Source of the DNA: Octopus sinensis
Taxonomy: Eukaryota
Length of the DNA stretch: 64,000 nt
Direction: 5' to 3'
NCBI RefSeq assembly: GCF_006345805.1
Contig: NC_042997.1
Location: 41,788,001 to 41,852,000, forward strand
Below, piece after piece: positions 1 to 12,738 of the stretch. Under the pieces are notes generated by a model. The model was not told the origin of the DNA. It saw only the letters and a program-made list of their open reading frames with translations, and did no database searches. The translations under genes were made by a program, and so were the position numbers. Position 1 is the first letter of the stretch. Each line of letters opens with the position of its first letter.

Positions 1-89
1 TATGGTAAATTGTGAGGTTCTAGTTGCACGTTAAACAAAACATTGTTTTTTATTCTTTTTTAAAAATTTCCCAATTTTTGTATTTTCAG

Positions 90-981
90 TGAAGGGAAGT
101 GGTCTTGAAGATCTGGGTATGGCTGGCGGAGAATTCCTGCGTGAAGCTTTGACCAACTGTTCAGACCCACTTCTAGCTATTGAAGAATTCCAGTCTGAAA
201 ATGGCATTCTGTTACCGTCACTGAAGCCAGCTCTTCCTTTTCTAGATTTGCATGGAATGCGACGTTTAGATTTCCATACTTCTGTTGTGGAAGAACTGAG
301 AGAGAAACTGGTGCAGAAAATCTCAAACTTGGCCAATAGTGCTGATGAGGATCGCTTTAAAAAACTCGAGGCATTGCTGCAAAAGTGCTATCCTGCTATC
401 AAAGTAAAAACCTTGCGTCCTGTAGTAATGTGTATATTGAAACATTTACCTGAGATTAAAGAAGATTATTTGGTTCAAATTGCTGCCAATAGGCAATACT
501 ATGAGGAAGCTGCAACTGAAGTTAAAAGGCAGATATGGCAAGACAATCAGTCGCTGTTTGGAGATGAAGTTTCTCCCCTTTTTTCTCAGTACATTAAAGA
601 AAAAGAAGAGACATTATTAGGACATGAGAACAGCACATCAGTTTTCTACATGCCTTCTCCTCGGATGCGACGGCAAGGAGAAGTGGTGCAGAAACTTGTG
701 CACATGATAGGGCGTAGCTTGCAACTGTATGACATGGTGTTGCAGTTTTTACGGACACTTTTTTTACAGACTCGGAATACACATTACTGCACTTTGAGGG
801 CTGAACTTCTTATGGCACTGCATGATCTTGAGATACAGGAAATCTGCTCTGTTGACCCGTCACATAAATTTACTTGGTGTGTTGATGCATGTGTTCGGGA
901 ACGGTTTGTTGACACAAAGCGTGCAAGGGAGCTACAAGGGTTTCTTCATAGTATTAAACAGAGCCAAGAACAATTACTTGG
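90..981 (+). CDS. NELFB: Negative elongation factor B (NELF-B/COBRA1), first coding exon in window
   Basis: Translation (SGLEDLG...ALTNCSDPLLAIEEFQSENGILLPSL...VKRQIWQDNQSLFGDEVSP...HYCTLRAELLMALHDL...RARELQGF...QEQLLG) aligns with human NELF-B as recalled. Acceptor ttttcAG at 88-89, donor GTTAGT at 982 (phase 2). The ORF track reads through into the intron. Confidence 0.95.
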
Positions 982-1248
982 GTTAGTATTCTATCTGTCC
1001 TCTTTCTTTTTTTTTGTTTCAAAATATTTTGTACAAACATTTTTTGTTTATGAATCTGATTTATTAATAATTTGTGTGTGGTGGTTGCAAGGGTTTAACT
1101 GGGTGAAGAATGTGACAAGCTAAATGCAACAGATGTTACTAGTTTGTCAGTTAAAAAGCTACTAAGACAGAAATTATGAGAATAGGTTGTAATTAGGACA
1201 TAGAACAGTTAGAAATGGATTTTCAGTTTGACTACTGATATCAATTAA

Positions 1249-1468
1249 CCCTTTAGCATTCATATTAATTTGGCAAAAATAATCCTTATTTATTCACATT
1301 TAAGAAAATTTATCTGATATTATTTTGTAGCTTCAAGATAGGAAAGATGTAATTGCTTATTTTTAGAATGACATTGCAGGGTAGGTGTGAGATGCTGGCT
1401 CTGGCCAGTTTGAGCATAAAACGTGTAGAATATTTTGGCCAGATACAGCCGGTTTAAACACTAAAGGG
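1249..1468. mobile_element. piggyBac-type MITE (family 1)
   Basis: TTAA|CCCTTTAG...CTAAAGGG|TTAA; copies at 22597-22812, 25110-25327, about 34515-34870 (with RTE-tail insert) and 63192-63410. Confidence 0.75.
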
Positions 1469-3439
1469 TTAAATTCAATTAAAAAAAAACTAGAACTGCA
1501 ATTCTACAAACCCATCAAATGGAAACTAAATGGTATTAAACATGGAGGCTCTATTTATATCAATATTCATTCAAATCTTGTGTGTCTATCATCTTTTCTA
1601 AAACATCCTCTTTGTTATGAAGTATATTCTCAATTTTAGTGGGGAAGGGGGGTTTAACATTAAAAAACAGAAATTTAAATTTTTTTTAAGAAATTTTCTT
1701 GAAATCTGTAGATTTTTCTCTAAGAATACCATAGTTTCTTTGAAATTTTTTGGCTGAAATTTACTTAAATTTCAGAAAACATATTCTCAAGCTTTAATAT
1801 GAAAACAAACTAATCTAAGAAAGAGTCCTTATTTAGCTTCACTTGCCATGTCCATGGGATTTGTAGCATTTGTTACCTTTTTCTCAAATAATATTTGACA
1901 AGAAGGATCTCTTATTACAGAAAAATCCTTAAACTAGCACTAGTTTTGGTATGTATAATTTTCTATGGTACATATAGAGCAAATATGAATGAGTTGTTGA
2001 GAATATAGCAATGTCTAATTTTCAGTTACTGTCAAAACAGGTCAGGTGTATATAAATTCTAATAACTTAGTATTATTTCCTTTGTTTTTACTAGCCTTAG
2101 AAAATGATGCCGTAAAGTCCAGGGTAGCTTCATCTTTCTACACTAACACCTTCGTATGGCATCATTTTCCAGGAGCAGATGTAATAATCTTAATCATTTC
2201 TATTCTTTGTTGACTTAATTTCTTGTTGCCTATCACTAAAAATACTTGTTTCTTGTTAGTTTTATTGCTCAATCTCAAAACTTAAATCATCTTACCCAAT
2301 CAGTTGTAGCATTTTATAATATACCGAATGTATTGTTAATATTCTTCCCCCCCCCCCCCATTTTATCATTTTAAGTTTGTGTCTCTGTTTATACATGAAA
2401 ATTATTTGTGTTAGTTAAATATTGATAAAGTGCTATTAACTAAAGTTTTATTTGAATATTTGATTTCAATAACCAAAATTCTACTTACAAACAAATATCT
2501 CTGAAAGAATTCAATTTCTATTTACTTTAGAGTACTTTTAACATATTCCTTTACATATATATCTTCCATCTACTTTTGTATGAACAAAATTACAATACAT
2601 TCAATTTCCAAAAGCTTCCTTATTTCATCTTTATTTCTATCTTTTGTTTGAAAATTAGCAAATCTAGCTGTAGAATCTGCTACTAGACAATCTCTGCAAT
2701 CAATAACCCTCATTGTAAAATTCAATTGGAACCTGAGACACGTATAATGATGATTTCTAACATAATCACAAAGGCTAATATTTTGTTGATAGGGAACAGT
2801 TTATCAAGAAAAGCAATACAAAAGAACTTGAATTTATTTTTTCAACCTGGAAAGATGAAAGGCTAAGTCCTCCTAGGCATGATTTAAAACAAAATGTAAA
2901 GTGTTGTAATGAAAAACTGCAAGATATTTTGTTTGGTAACTCTATCAGTCCTGCCACCCAGGAAATGCAAAATGGTATTTTGAAGAAAAACTGCATTGCC
3001 TCTTTATTTATTACAGTTTATAGGATTGACCTCACTTCATATAACACTCTCCTGTTACTTTTGAAACTCTTGTATTTTCAACATTTCCAACTTTCTCAAT
3101 TACCTCCGACTCTACAAGTTCCAAATATGTAGCACTGTACCATATTATATTTATAAGACATGCTCACTTGAGTCACTGATATCCAGATTAAGGATAGCTT
3201 TCCTGATTGATAAGCTGTTATAAAAGTTTTCTATCTCTTTCCCATCCTTTGGGAAAGAGATATTCCTTTGCCCCCCCCCCTCCTATGTTTTAGTCTTATA
3301 TTAACTGTTACATACTGCTCTGTGAAACTCTTTACTCCATTTTATATTTTCTAAGCACATTGCATGAAAAAATGTGTGTAAAACAGACGTAAATATACAT
3401 GCACCCACACAGCTATTTTTTTTTCTATGATGGAATGGC

Positions 3440-4330
3440 TGTGCAATACATCCTAATCCTTGTAATTTCATTTATAAATTTTTTCAGGCCTGATTTAATT
3501 GTCTCATCTTTAGACTTCTGTGCCTGCCTGCTTCTAGCACCAATTCACACACTGCTCTATTTGATCCACATGTCAAAACCAACGCAGTCGTCTCCCTTCC
3601 ACGCAATGACTCCTGTCGTTGGTGCTTTCTTATTTTCTCAATATGCTTCTTGTGCTTCGTCTTTCTCATTAATTCGCAATTATATGTGTAACATTCAATG
3701 TACAACAGTCTTCTCTTTGTCTTTTTTTACATCTTCTATTGATACTTTATTTTTTTTTTTTCTCTTTTGCTGGCAGATAACTTCACTATTCAGGCGCATT
3801 GCTTATTATAGTTTCTGTCCTTTATAGACTACAGTTCTCTTAACTCCTAACCATAAAATGTATTATTTCATCTATGTAACGAAACTTATATCCATTTATA
3901 GTTAACCATATAAGCTTTATGGATGTTCCATACTATTTGCTATTCCATATCTTTTGCATCTACAATCTTGCTCTCCTAACAGTCTGTCAGACATTTCACT
4001 ACATTTTTTCGGTACAAATTGTGATTATTTTCATTAAAAGCACACCATTCAAAGAAGTGTTATACACTTGATGTTTTTGGACCTTGTAGTTCCTACAAGG
4101 TTCGTCTTCAGACCCCTATACACAATTGTTCTGTTTTGTAGTTGTTTAGCAGGTTTTGCAATGAACGCGCCACCAGTGCAGGTGCTTTTTAATATGTCAC
4201 CGACATTGGCCATAGCTATTATTTCACTTGGCTCATCATGTTTTCTCAAGTACACCAAATCATCAAAGGCCTCAACCATTTGTGTATGTACATATGTATT
4301 GGGTTATATTGGTGTGGGATAGAAAAACAT
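3440..4330 (-). mobile_element. Very degraded LINE (RTE/L2-like) remnant
   Basis: Broken-frame motifs such as EGRRLRWF(G)HV and DRLLGEQ. Confidence 0.35.
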
Positions 4331-4594
4331 AGTGCATTAAATCAAACTTCCTTGTGGTATGCGATCAATGTTTACCAGGTTGATTTTTTTTTTTTTTTTT
4401 ACCTTTTTCTCTCTATAAGATCAATAAAAGGAAGTACCAAAGTGCTGGGTTCAATATAATCAATTAAAACCCTTGAATGTAGTGCTCCAACATAGCCACA
4501 ATTCAATGATTGAAATTCATAAAAGTAAATGTTTTATAAATGTATAGAATTATTGTGGAATGACACTCAGAGAATATACACTTAGAGTATTTCC

Positions 4595-4703
4595 CTGGTT
4601 TGGCAACGGTTTCTACAACTGGATGCCCTTCCTAATGCCAACCACTCCAAGAGTGTAGTGGGTGCTTTTTACATACCACCAGTATGGGTGCCAGTCAGGC
4701 GGC
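4595..4703 (-). mobile_element. Inverted RTE 3' UTR fragment abutting the RTE above
   Basis: CTGGATGCCCTTCCTAATGCCAACCACTCC is the reverse complement of the RTE tail. Confidence 0.7.
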
Positions 4704-4705
4704 AA

Positions 4706-6083
4706 GTATTGATGACCTTGCTCTAATTCCTGAGTCACTATCAGAACTAGTGGTAAAGTTTCAGGTGTGGAAGCAAGGTCTAGAATCGAAGGGCCTTAGA
4801 GACAATTTAACAAAAACCAAAGTCTTAATAATTAGGAAGGCTGACAAATCACAAATCCCTCCAGATAGATGGCCCTGCTCGATCTGTAGAAAAGGCATTG
4901 GTAGAAACTCCATAAGATGTACCCGGTGTAAGCTATGGACACAAGAGGTGCAGTAATATCAAGGGAAGGCTAACTGGGAAGATGTTTTTTTGTATGTGGA
5001 AAATGCTTAGGGGCAATAAACACTGAAAATGTGCAGAAAACAGCTTCTGTCACATGCCAGAGGGTAGTTGATAGCTTCCGTTACGTAGGTGACCAAGTCA
5101 GTAGTGGGGGTGGATGCTCTGAGAGTGTAGCTGCTAGAATAAGAATAGCCTGGGCAAAGTTCAGAGAGCTTCTATCTCTGCTGGTGACAAAGGCCTGTCA
5201 CTCAGTAAAAGGTAGACTGTATGACGCATGTGTGCAAACGGCCATGCTACATGGCAGTGAAACATGGGCCATGACTGCTGAGGACATGCATAAGCTTGCA
5301 AGAAATGAAGCTAGTATGCTCCGCTGGATGTGTAATGTCAGTGTGCATACATGACAGAGTGTAAGCACCCCGAGAGAAAAGTTGGACATAAGAAGCATCA
5401 GATGTGGTGTGGAAGAGAGACGACCGTGCTGGTATGGTCATGTGTTGCGTATGGTTGAGGACAGCTGTGTGAAAAAGTGTCACACCCTAGCAGTAGAGGG
5501 TACCTGTGGAAGAGGCAGACCCAGGAAGGCATGGGATTAGGTGGTGAAGCATGAATTTCAAACATTGGGCCTCACAGAGCTGATGACAAGTGACCAAGAC
5601 CTTTGCTGTGCTTGAGAAGACCTGACAAACCAAGTGAGACTGTGACTTATGCCAGTGCAGCATAACTGGCCCATTTAAGAGCACCCTTCAACCATTGGGC
5701 AATAAACTGTGCTTGTGAAGACCTGTTGAGTTGAGTGATGTCGTTGTCATGGCTGATGCCAGTACTGCTTGATTGGCATGTAAAAAGCACCATTCGAGCA
5801 TGCTCAATGCCCGTGTTGCCTGACTGGCTCCCGTGCCAATGGCATGTAAAAAGCTCCATTCAAGCTTGGTTGATGCCAGTACTGCCTGACTGACCCTCAT
5901 GCTGGTGGCATGTAAAAAGTACCCACTACACTTTTGGGGTTGTTGGCATTAGGAAGGGCATCCAAGTATAGAAACTTTGAGAGGTCAGATTGGAGCCTGG
6001 TGTAGCCTTCTGGTTGGCTAGCCCTCCATCAAACCGGCCAACCCATGCCAGCATGGAAAGCAGACATTAAACGATGATGATGA
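4706..6083 (+). mobile_element. 5'-truncated RTE LINE (end of RT, C-terminus, 3' UTR, (GAT)n tail)
   Basis: Broken frames DDLALI..LSELVVKFQVWKQGLESKGL, SFRYVGDQVSSGG, MLHGSETW, WYGHV; tail ends AAACGATGATGATGA. Confidence 0.88.
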
Positions 6084-6401
6084 ATAAGGTTGTTAGCATA
6101 TGTAAATTTCTGAGGTCTTTCTCTATTAAACTGATCAAAAACTTAAATGAAAAGAGCTGTGAATAGATACTGTCTTAGCTTGTCTAGCTATACTTTAGGT
6201 TCTTTACCAAGTTTGATGTTGATTTTAATTTTACTTTATTCTCAAGTGTGGGTGTATATGATAATCTGTAGATGTAAGTGGATATTTTAAATATTACACT
6301 TAAAATAAACTGCAATATATTTGTGTCTTTCAATAATATTTTCTTTATTAATAACATCATTGCAAATGTTGTTATTAATTATTTTGTTTCTCTTTATTTA
6401 G

Positions 6402-6504
6402 AGACCTTGCAATGATCTTATGCGATCCTTTTACACTGCACACAATATCTCTTTCTACAGTAAAGGCTCTACAGCATTGTATCAACTTTGAATTGCTTCC
6501 ACGT
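6402..6504 (+). CDS. NELFB: NELF-B exon (DLAMILCDPFTLHTISLSTVKALQHCINFELLPR)
   Basis: tttAG at 6400-6401, GTAAGT at 6505; phase 2 to 0; matches human DLSMILCDPF...LPR. Absent from the ORF track. Confidence 0.93.
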
Positions 6505-9026
6505 GTAAGTAGGTTTCTTTTTTACATTTTACTAGATATTTTGCAACATCTTTAATATGGTTTATTAAAGATAGTTCACAAATTGTTTTTTTAGTTTTCA
6601 AAATGGTATTCATCAAATTCAAAATCAAGTCAGACTTTTATGATAAATTTGGACTAGTGTAAATGTAACCTCTCACTGCTTAATAACTGTTATCTGCTAT
6701 TAAGTTTGTATGGTATGGACTAGAAAGCCCCTGATCACACTTATATTCAAAGAGGATTCTTATTGCTAAAATCTATCATATTTAAACTAGGAATCTGATT
6801 ATTTTTGGTAAAATATTTGTATTGTGAATTAATACAAGTTGAAGTATCAAAACACTTTTTACTTTTAAAAGAGAAAGGGTTGTCTTGTTTGCATCATTTT
6901 TTAAAGCTCTTATATGAAAATGGTAATTTTTCAAGATATTTTCTTTTACAGTTATGTGATACTATTCTATAAAGTGTAATGTTCAAACTAAAACACAATT
7001 TCCTTCTCTTTCTTTTAAAAGTTATGTTTAGAATATAGCCTTGATGAAAATTTCAGATATATATCTGTACCAAAATTTTAATGGATATTTTTAACTGTTA
7101 AGCAGATCTTTTGAGTGTTACCACCTGTACCTTAAACTTCTTTGATGGCAGATTTGTAGAACCAGTCAATTCTTTTTTTTTATTTGCAAGTACAATTCAT
7201 GTTTCACTTTTCCTGAAACTTTTGTGTGGATGGAAAGATCATTAACAAACATTTAGATTAATTTTTCTATCATGTATATGATTTGCTTGCATTTAACTGT
7301 CAAGCTTATGCTTTGGCATCGTGTTTTAATGTTGTTCACTTCGTCCATTGTACTTGATAATAGCTGCATCAACATATTTTCACTTGATCTTTTGGATATG
7401 CTTTTAATTCATAAGTATATAGATATGCTTAACCTAGTAGACTGAAGTGTGCAGAGTATATAGTTTGTATGGAAGGTGAAAGAATTCTAAAGCATCTACT
7501 GTATTATTGTCATAATAAATGCCCATGTCCCATGCTGGCATGAGCAGGATGGTTTGACATGGTCTGATGTGGCAAACAACTGCATTGTGCTCCAACACCT
7601 GCTTTAGCATGGTTTCTATTGATGGATGCCCTTCCTAATGCCAATCATCTTACAATGAGTACTGGTGTCCTTTTTACATGATACCAGCACTAGTGAGGTC
7701 TCCATGCATCTTGCACCCTTCAGCTGAGTGGGGCTATAATAGAGAGGGAGGTAGTATTATGCTTGGGGATGAGAGGGTTAAAGTATGAGATAAGGGGCTA
7801 GAACAGGTTTCTTGATGCAGAAGAGCTACATGGCTACTCACATTAGAAGACAGTGTAGGAATGACTGGAGTGAAGCTGGAAAGGGAATAAAATAATGATG
7901 TCTCTGGACCTTCAAGATATCAGGTGAACAGAAGTGAGTAGGGACAGACAAACTGTGTGCGTGTGTGGGTAGAGGTTATAAGAATGTATGAGAGTGAGTG
8001 ACGATTAGCAAAAGGGAATGGGTTAGGGGATGAATATATCAAACAAGTGTTGAGAGATGATGTATAGGGAAGGTAGGGGAGATTGACAACTGTAGAAATT
8101 GGGTAGGGATGAAGCGATAAGGGATGGGGGTAGCTGATTCATAGGATGTAGGGGAGAATAGGAAATGACTGACAGTGCAGAAAAAGCAGAGATGAAGAGC
8201 AGCAGAATAGTAATAATGGTACAGTAGACAGGAGAAAGATGAGGAAAAGTGATGATACATGATTGAAGGTGATCAATGTAGAAAGAGGGTGGAGGAGACA
8301 ATTAAGAATGAAGGATGGATAACAAGCAAAATGGGTCTGAGTAGTTAGAATGGTAAATGGTATCAGGGAAAAGTTGAAGTTTGCAGTTCTGCTTGTGCTT
8401 ATTTACAGCAACAGTTGCAATTAGAGAGGTGGGAATGTGCAGTTGTGTATATATTATGCTTCTAGAGTTTGTTTCATTGAGGTGGGCAGGTCTTCTCAAG
8501 AACTGCATGTTGCCTATCATCCTGATCCTTTGTCATCTCTGTGGGGTTCAAGGTCTTGAATCAGCCTTCATCACTTTGTTCTATGTCTTTCTGGGTTTCT
8601 CTTTTCTGCGAGCTCCATCCACAACAAACTGATCAGCATTTCTTTATACAGCTATCCTCATTCATATGTCCAAACTAGTCTTCTTTCTTGCACACAACAT
8701 CTGATCCTTCTTATATTTAGTTTTATCTCTCAACTCATTTGTACTTTTGTCATACATGCTCACTCACACTGCACATCATCAGCTGAATATGCTCACTTTA
8801 TTTCTTTCTAGTCCTCTTCATTCTTGGCCCATATCTCACTGCCATGTAGCATCAAAGTCCTAACACAAGTATCATACAATCTGCTCTTCACTCTGAGGCA
8901 AAAGACCTTTGTTGCCAGCAGTGGTATATCATCATTATCATTTAATGTCTATGTTCCTTACTAACATGGGTTGATGTATATATATATATATATGTGTGTG
9001 TATGTGTGTGTGTGTATATATATATA

Positions 9027-9326
9027 TCACGTGACCGACCAGGTTATCAGATGTTGCTACACCTTGCTGGTCACAATGCACTTCACATTGTTTTAGCTTC
9101 CAAACGACACCACCCTGCTGGCTAAGTGAGCAGGCCAACAGAAGAAAGAGTGAGAAAAAGTTGTGGCAAAAGAGTACAGCAGGGATCGCCACCACCCCCT
9201 GCCAGAGCCTCGTGGAGCTTCAGGTGTTTTCGCTCAATAAACTCTCTCAACACCTGGTCTGGGAATCGAAACCGCGATCCTACGACTGCGAGTCCACTGC
9301 CCTAACCACTGGGCCATTGCGCCTCC
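9027..9326 (-). mobile_element. tRNA-derived SINE (family B)
   Basis: Reverse strand GGAGGCGCAATGGCCCAGTGGTTAGG...GGTTTCGATTCC (A and B boxes), microsatellite tail. Confidence 0.75.
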
Positions 9327-9879
9327 ACATATACACACGCACACACATTCATCACCTCCTCCTCTGACTCCTATTTCCTTTACCTTCTGGTATTTTCCAT
9401 TGACTACATCCACCCTGTTCTCCATTCACTGCATTCAACTTTATCCTCATCTCTAGCCATGTCACTCTCCTTTCACACTCTTGTAAACTTAACTATCCTC
9501 CTTTCCTGATCCTCTATCCTTGTTCTTTCTTATATTCACTTTCATGTGCCTTGAGGATATGTCCTGACACTTCATCACTACTATCTTTCCTTTCCTTTCC
9601 TTCTGGAGTATCCATTTATCTCCTCTACAGCAAGACACCTGTTTCTATCCTCTCTTTAAGCCACCTCCCTTATTTCAGCCTTCCTCACTGAATTAAGGTG
9701 TCTTTTCTTGAGACCTCACTAATGCTGGTGCCACAAAAAAAGCACCCAATATACTCTGTCAAGTAGTTGGTGTTAGGAAGGGCACCAAGTGATTGGAACA
9801 TACTGTAGTCCTCAGGCCTGTTAGATTCTTTTGAATTGTTCAACCCATGCAAGAATGAGTGTTATAAAAAGTTTTTATA

Positions 9880-10400
9880 TCTCTCTCTATATAAACGGCA
9901 GTTTGTCTGTCTGTGTGTCTGTCAGGTTGTACCCTCACCCTGACCACAGCTTTCAACCGATTCTGATGAAACTTGACACACACATAGCCCAATGTCATAA
10001 TTCAAAACTAACGCAGCAAAAACTTTGAAAAGTTTCCCCAGTTCTGAAAAAAATTGATAAATTCGACATGGGGTCAAGAATCTAAGCTTTTTATATGCAA
10101 TACATTTTCTGTTGTAGTTTTCGCAACTTGCAATCGATTTTCACCAAACTCATGGTGAAGCTTAATGTTACCCTAAGAAACTTAATTCTGATGTTAGTTT
10201 TCCATGCAATACCTTACCATCAGAAAAAATCGATAAAATCATGCCATTTTGGGAAATCGCGTTCAAATTCAAGATGACATATTTTCTACAATATCTTTCA
10301 CAAATTGGCAGGATTTTTAGAGGGAAAGGACTAGATTGGGATTAGTCGTTGCCTACTAGGGGCTCTTACATACCCGGGCAACCCCGGGCTATGCTGCTAG
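9880..10400 (+). mobile_element. Non-autonomous Helitron
   Basis: 5' TC, 3' CTAG, subterminal hairpin CCCGGG-caac-CCCGGG (10373-10388), inserted between A and T. Confidence 0.8.
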
Positions 10401-10594
10401 TTATTGATAAAAGACTATTTTTCCCTTAGTTAGCAGTTTGTATTTATGGTTTTGTACAACTTAAACCATTTATGTTGCCCCTTTTCTAGTCATTGCTCTG
10501 CATTCTCAGTTATAAATCACTTACTGCATTCAGTCCTTTCTCTTTTTGGTTTATACCCACGTGTGTATTTTACAAACTGTATATTCTCTTGCAG

Positions 10595-10690
10595 GATAAC
10601 CATGATCTTATTTTACTTGTGAGATTAATGGCTCTTGGATTTGCAGCTTGGGATATGATTGACAGTCAAGTATTTAAGGAACCTAAGTTG
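10595..10690 (+). CDS. NELFB: NELF-B exon (DNHDLILLVRLMALGFAAWDMIDSQVFKEPKL), 96 nt, phase 0/0
   Basis: ttgcAG acceptor, GTATGA donor at 10691; AWDMIDSQVFKEPK motif is conserved in NELF-B. Confidence 0.95.
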
Positions 10691-10791
10691 GTATGAACTG
10701 AGTTTTTATTTTTTAAAAATGTTTATTTTCACTTCAGATGTTTGTGTCTGGTTAACATTTAATCTTGATGCTCCTTTAAGATTATTTACTA

Positions 10792-11168
10792 CTAGCAGTA
10801 TTGCCTGGCGTAGCTCGGGTTTGTAAGGGAAATAACTATAAAGCATTTTTAGAGAGTTATAGCCAAAAAATAGCAAAAAAATGGGAAAAAAAATTATGGT
10901 AAATTTTTTTTGAGAGCTAAAAAGGTCGAGTTGCGTCCCCTAGACAGTCTGTGGTTTGTGTTTCTAATTCTCGACCCCATGTCGAATTTATCGATTTTTT
11001 TCAGAACTGGGGGAACTTTTCAAAATTTTCTCTGCATTAGTTTTGAATTATGACATTGGGCTATGTGTGTGTCAAGTTTCATCAGAATCGGTTGAAAGCC
11101 GTGGTCAGGGTGAGGGTACAACCTAACAGACACGCAGACAGACAAACTGCTGTTTATATAGAGAGAGA
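10792..11168 (-). mobile_element. Non-autonomous Helitron, same 5' end as 9880-10400, opposite orientation
   Basis: Reverse strand A|TCTCTCTCTATATAAAC...CTAG|T; about 200 bp nearly identical to 9880-10081. Confidence 0.8.
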
Positions 11169-11535
11169 TAATTGCATGTCACTTTATTGACTTGTTAGTT
11201 TATTGATCCATTTAACCTTAAGTTTAACCAGTTCATCAGTTAAAACTGAGAAAATATGATTTTCTTTTGCAAGATTCCTAAGGGTGATTACCCAACCCTA
11301 GCTTCCATTGTATTAAGTGGATGTGAAATTAATTTCCACCTAGGTAGATTGCTAGCCTTTCCTGGGAGAACTGAAATCATTGTAACAGACTTTATCAAGA
11401 TAGGAGGAGATGCCATTCATCTGTTACGTGTTAAGTGCATCAACCATAGTCATAAAGTCCAAGTATTTGACACAATTGATCTCCTTGTCTGGTTGTTTCG
11501 TACTCAATCAAGTAGGCTATTCATATTAAAAACCG

Positions 11536-11783
11536 CCGGTGGCACATAAAAAGCACCATCCATCCGTGGCCGTTTGCCAGCTGCATCTGGCACCTGTGCA
11601 GGTGGCACGTAAAAAGCACCCACTACACTCATGGAGTGGTTGGCGTTAGGAAGGGCATCCAGCCGTAGACACACTGCCAGATCAGACTGGGCCTGATGCA
11701 GCCTTCTGGCTTCACAGACCCCAGTTGAACCGTCCAACCCATGCTAGCATGGAAAGCGGACGCTAAATGATGATGATGATGAT
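11536..11783 (+). mobile_element. RTE 3' tail copy
   Basis: GGCACGTAAAAAGCACC repeats, GGAAGGGCATCCAGC, (GAT)n end. Confidence 0.8.
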
Positions 11784-12294
11784 CTTTATTTCTATTTCTC
11801 ATAAGGTACACGCACAACAATGGCAATTCAAGCAATAACATTTATTTATTCTTAAATTGTTTTGGCAGATTCAAACGTGAATATCTGATCGCTGTTGTTT
11901 TTTTTTTTAATCATTGAAGAACCCCTCCCTTTAAATGGTGTTTATAACACATGTAATTCACCAGTTTAAGGGGACTTTGAGACACCATGACGTTTTGATC
12001 TCATTGTGTCTCTCCAGTGAAAGGGACCCTGCAGGCTGATGAATCTCAAGAGAGCAGGAGTTTTTGCTTATAGGAATGAGTAAACAGTTCATTTGCTGCT
12101 GAATGTTGATAGCTGCCAAACAGATAATAATTCATGGGGCACACACAGGACAACAAGAATCCAAACAATAATCTGGCTATTCATTCTCAATACATTCTAG
12201 TAGATTCAAACACGAATGTCTGATCGGTGTTGGTTTTTTGTCATCAGAGAACACTTCCTGCCACCACATGTAATTCCCACCACATGTATGGGAT

Positions 12295-12350
12295 CTCTCT
12301 GGAGACACTGCAGTGTTTCAACCTCATTATGTGTCTCCTCAGTGAAAGCA
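12295..12350 (-). ncRNA. Type-I hammerhead ribozyme motif (core intact, helix I weak)
   Basis: Reverse strand CTTTCA-CTGAGGA-GAC-acataatgag-GTT-GAAA-CACTGCAGTG-TC-tccagag. Confidence 0.6.
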
Positions 12351-12738
12351 TCCCTGCCAGACCAATGAATCTCACAGCATTCATCAGTAAGTAACTTGTT
12401 TGCTGATTCCTGTAAAGAATGGTCTAGTGGGGTAGTGTTTCAAAATCCCCTTACACTGGTGAATCATGTGTATTTGTGAACATTGTCTAAAGCAGTGGTT
12501 CTCAACTGAGGTCCATATAAGATTTTGTTAAAATTTATGTACAATAAATTAGTAATGTCTACAATAGACAAAATATTTAAACAGTTTCTTATACAATTCC
12601 TAGTAATATTGAATTATAAAAATATGATTTTTTTTTTTAAACAATGGTAAAAAAAAACTGTAAACTTCACTTCAGTTGTAGTGGAACCATGTTTCAGCTA
12701 GTGCAAGAAAAGTTTATGATAAATATATAAATAATAAT

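Noticed and set aside
89-121. GTG start of the 344-aa ORF as a non-AUG initiation site (mammalian NELF-B uses a CUG start)
   Set aside because: The GTG overlaps a canonical acceptor (ttttcAG|T). The conserved SGLEDLG lies upstream of the first ATG (119), so the start is more simply in an exon outside the window.
982-1123. C-terminal tail of ORF 89..1123 and intronic extensions of other exon-containing ORFs
   Set aside because: Read-through past GT donors into low-complexity intron; homology stops at the donors.
7720-8620. Short ORFs in purine- or pyrimidine-rich tracts (also 35318-35945) and ORFs over (TA)n/(TG)n arrays
   Set aside because: Compositionally biased repeat sequence; translations are low-complexity with no homology.
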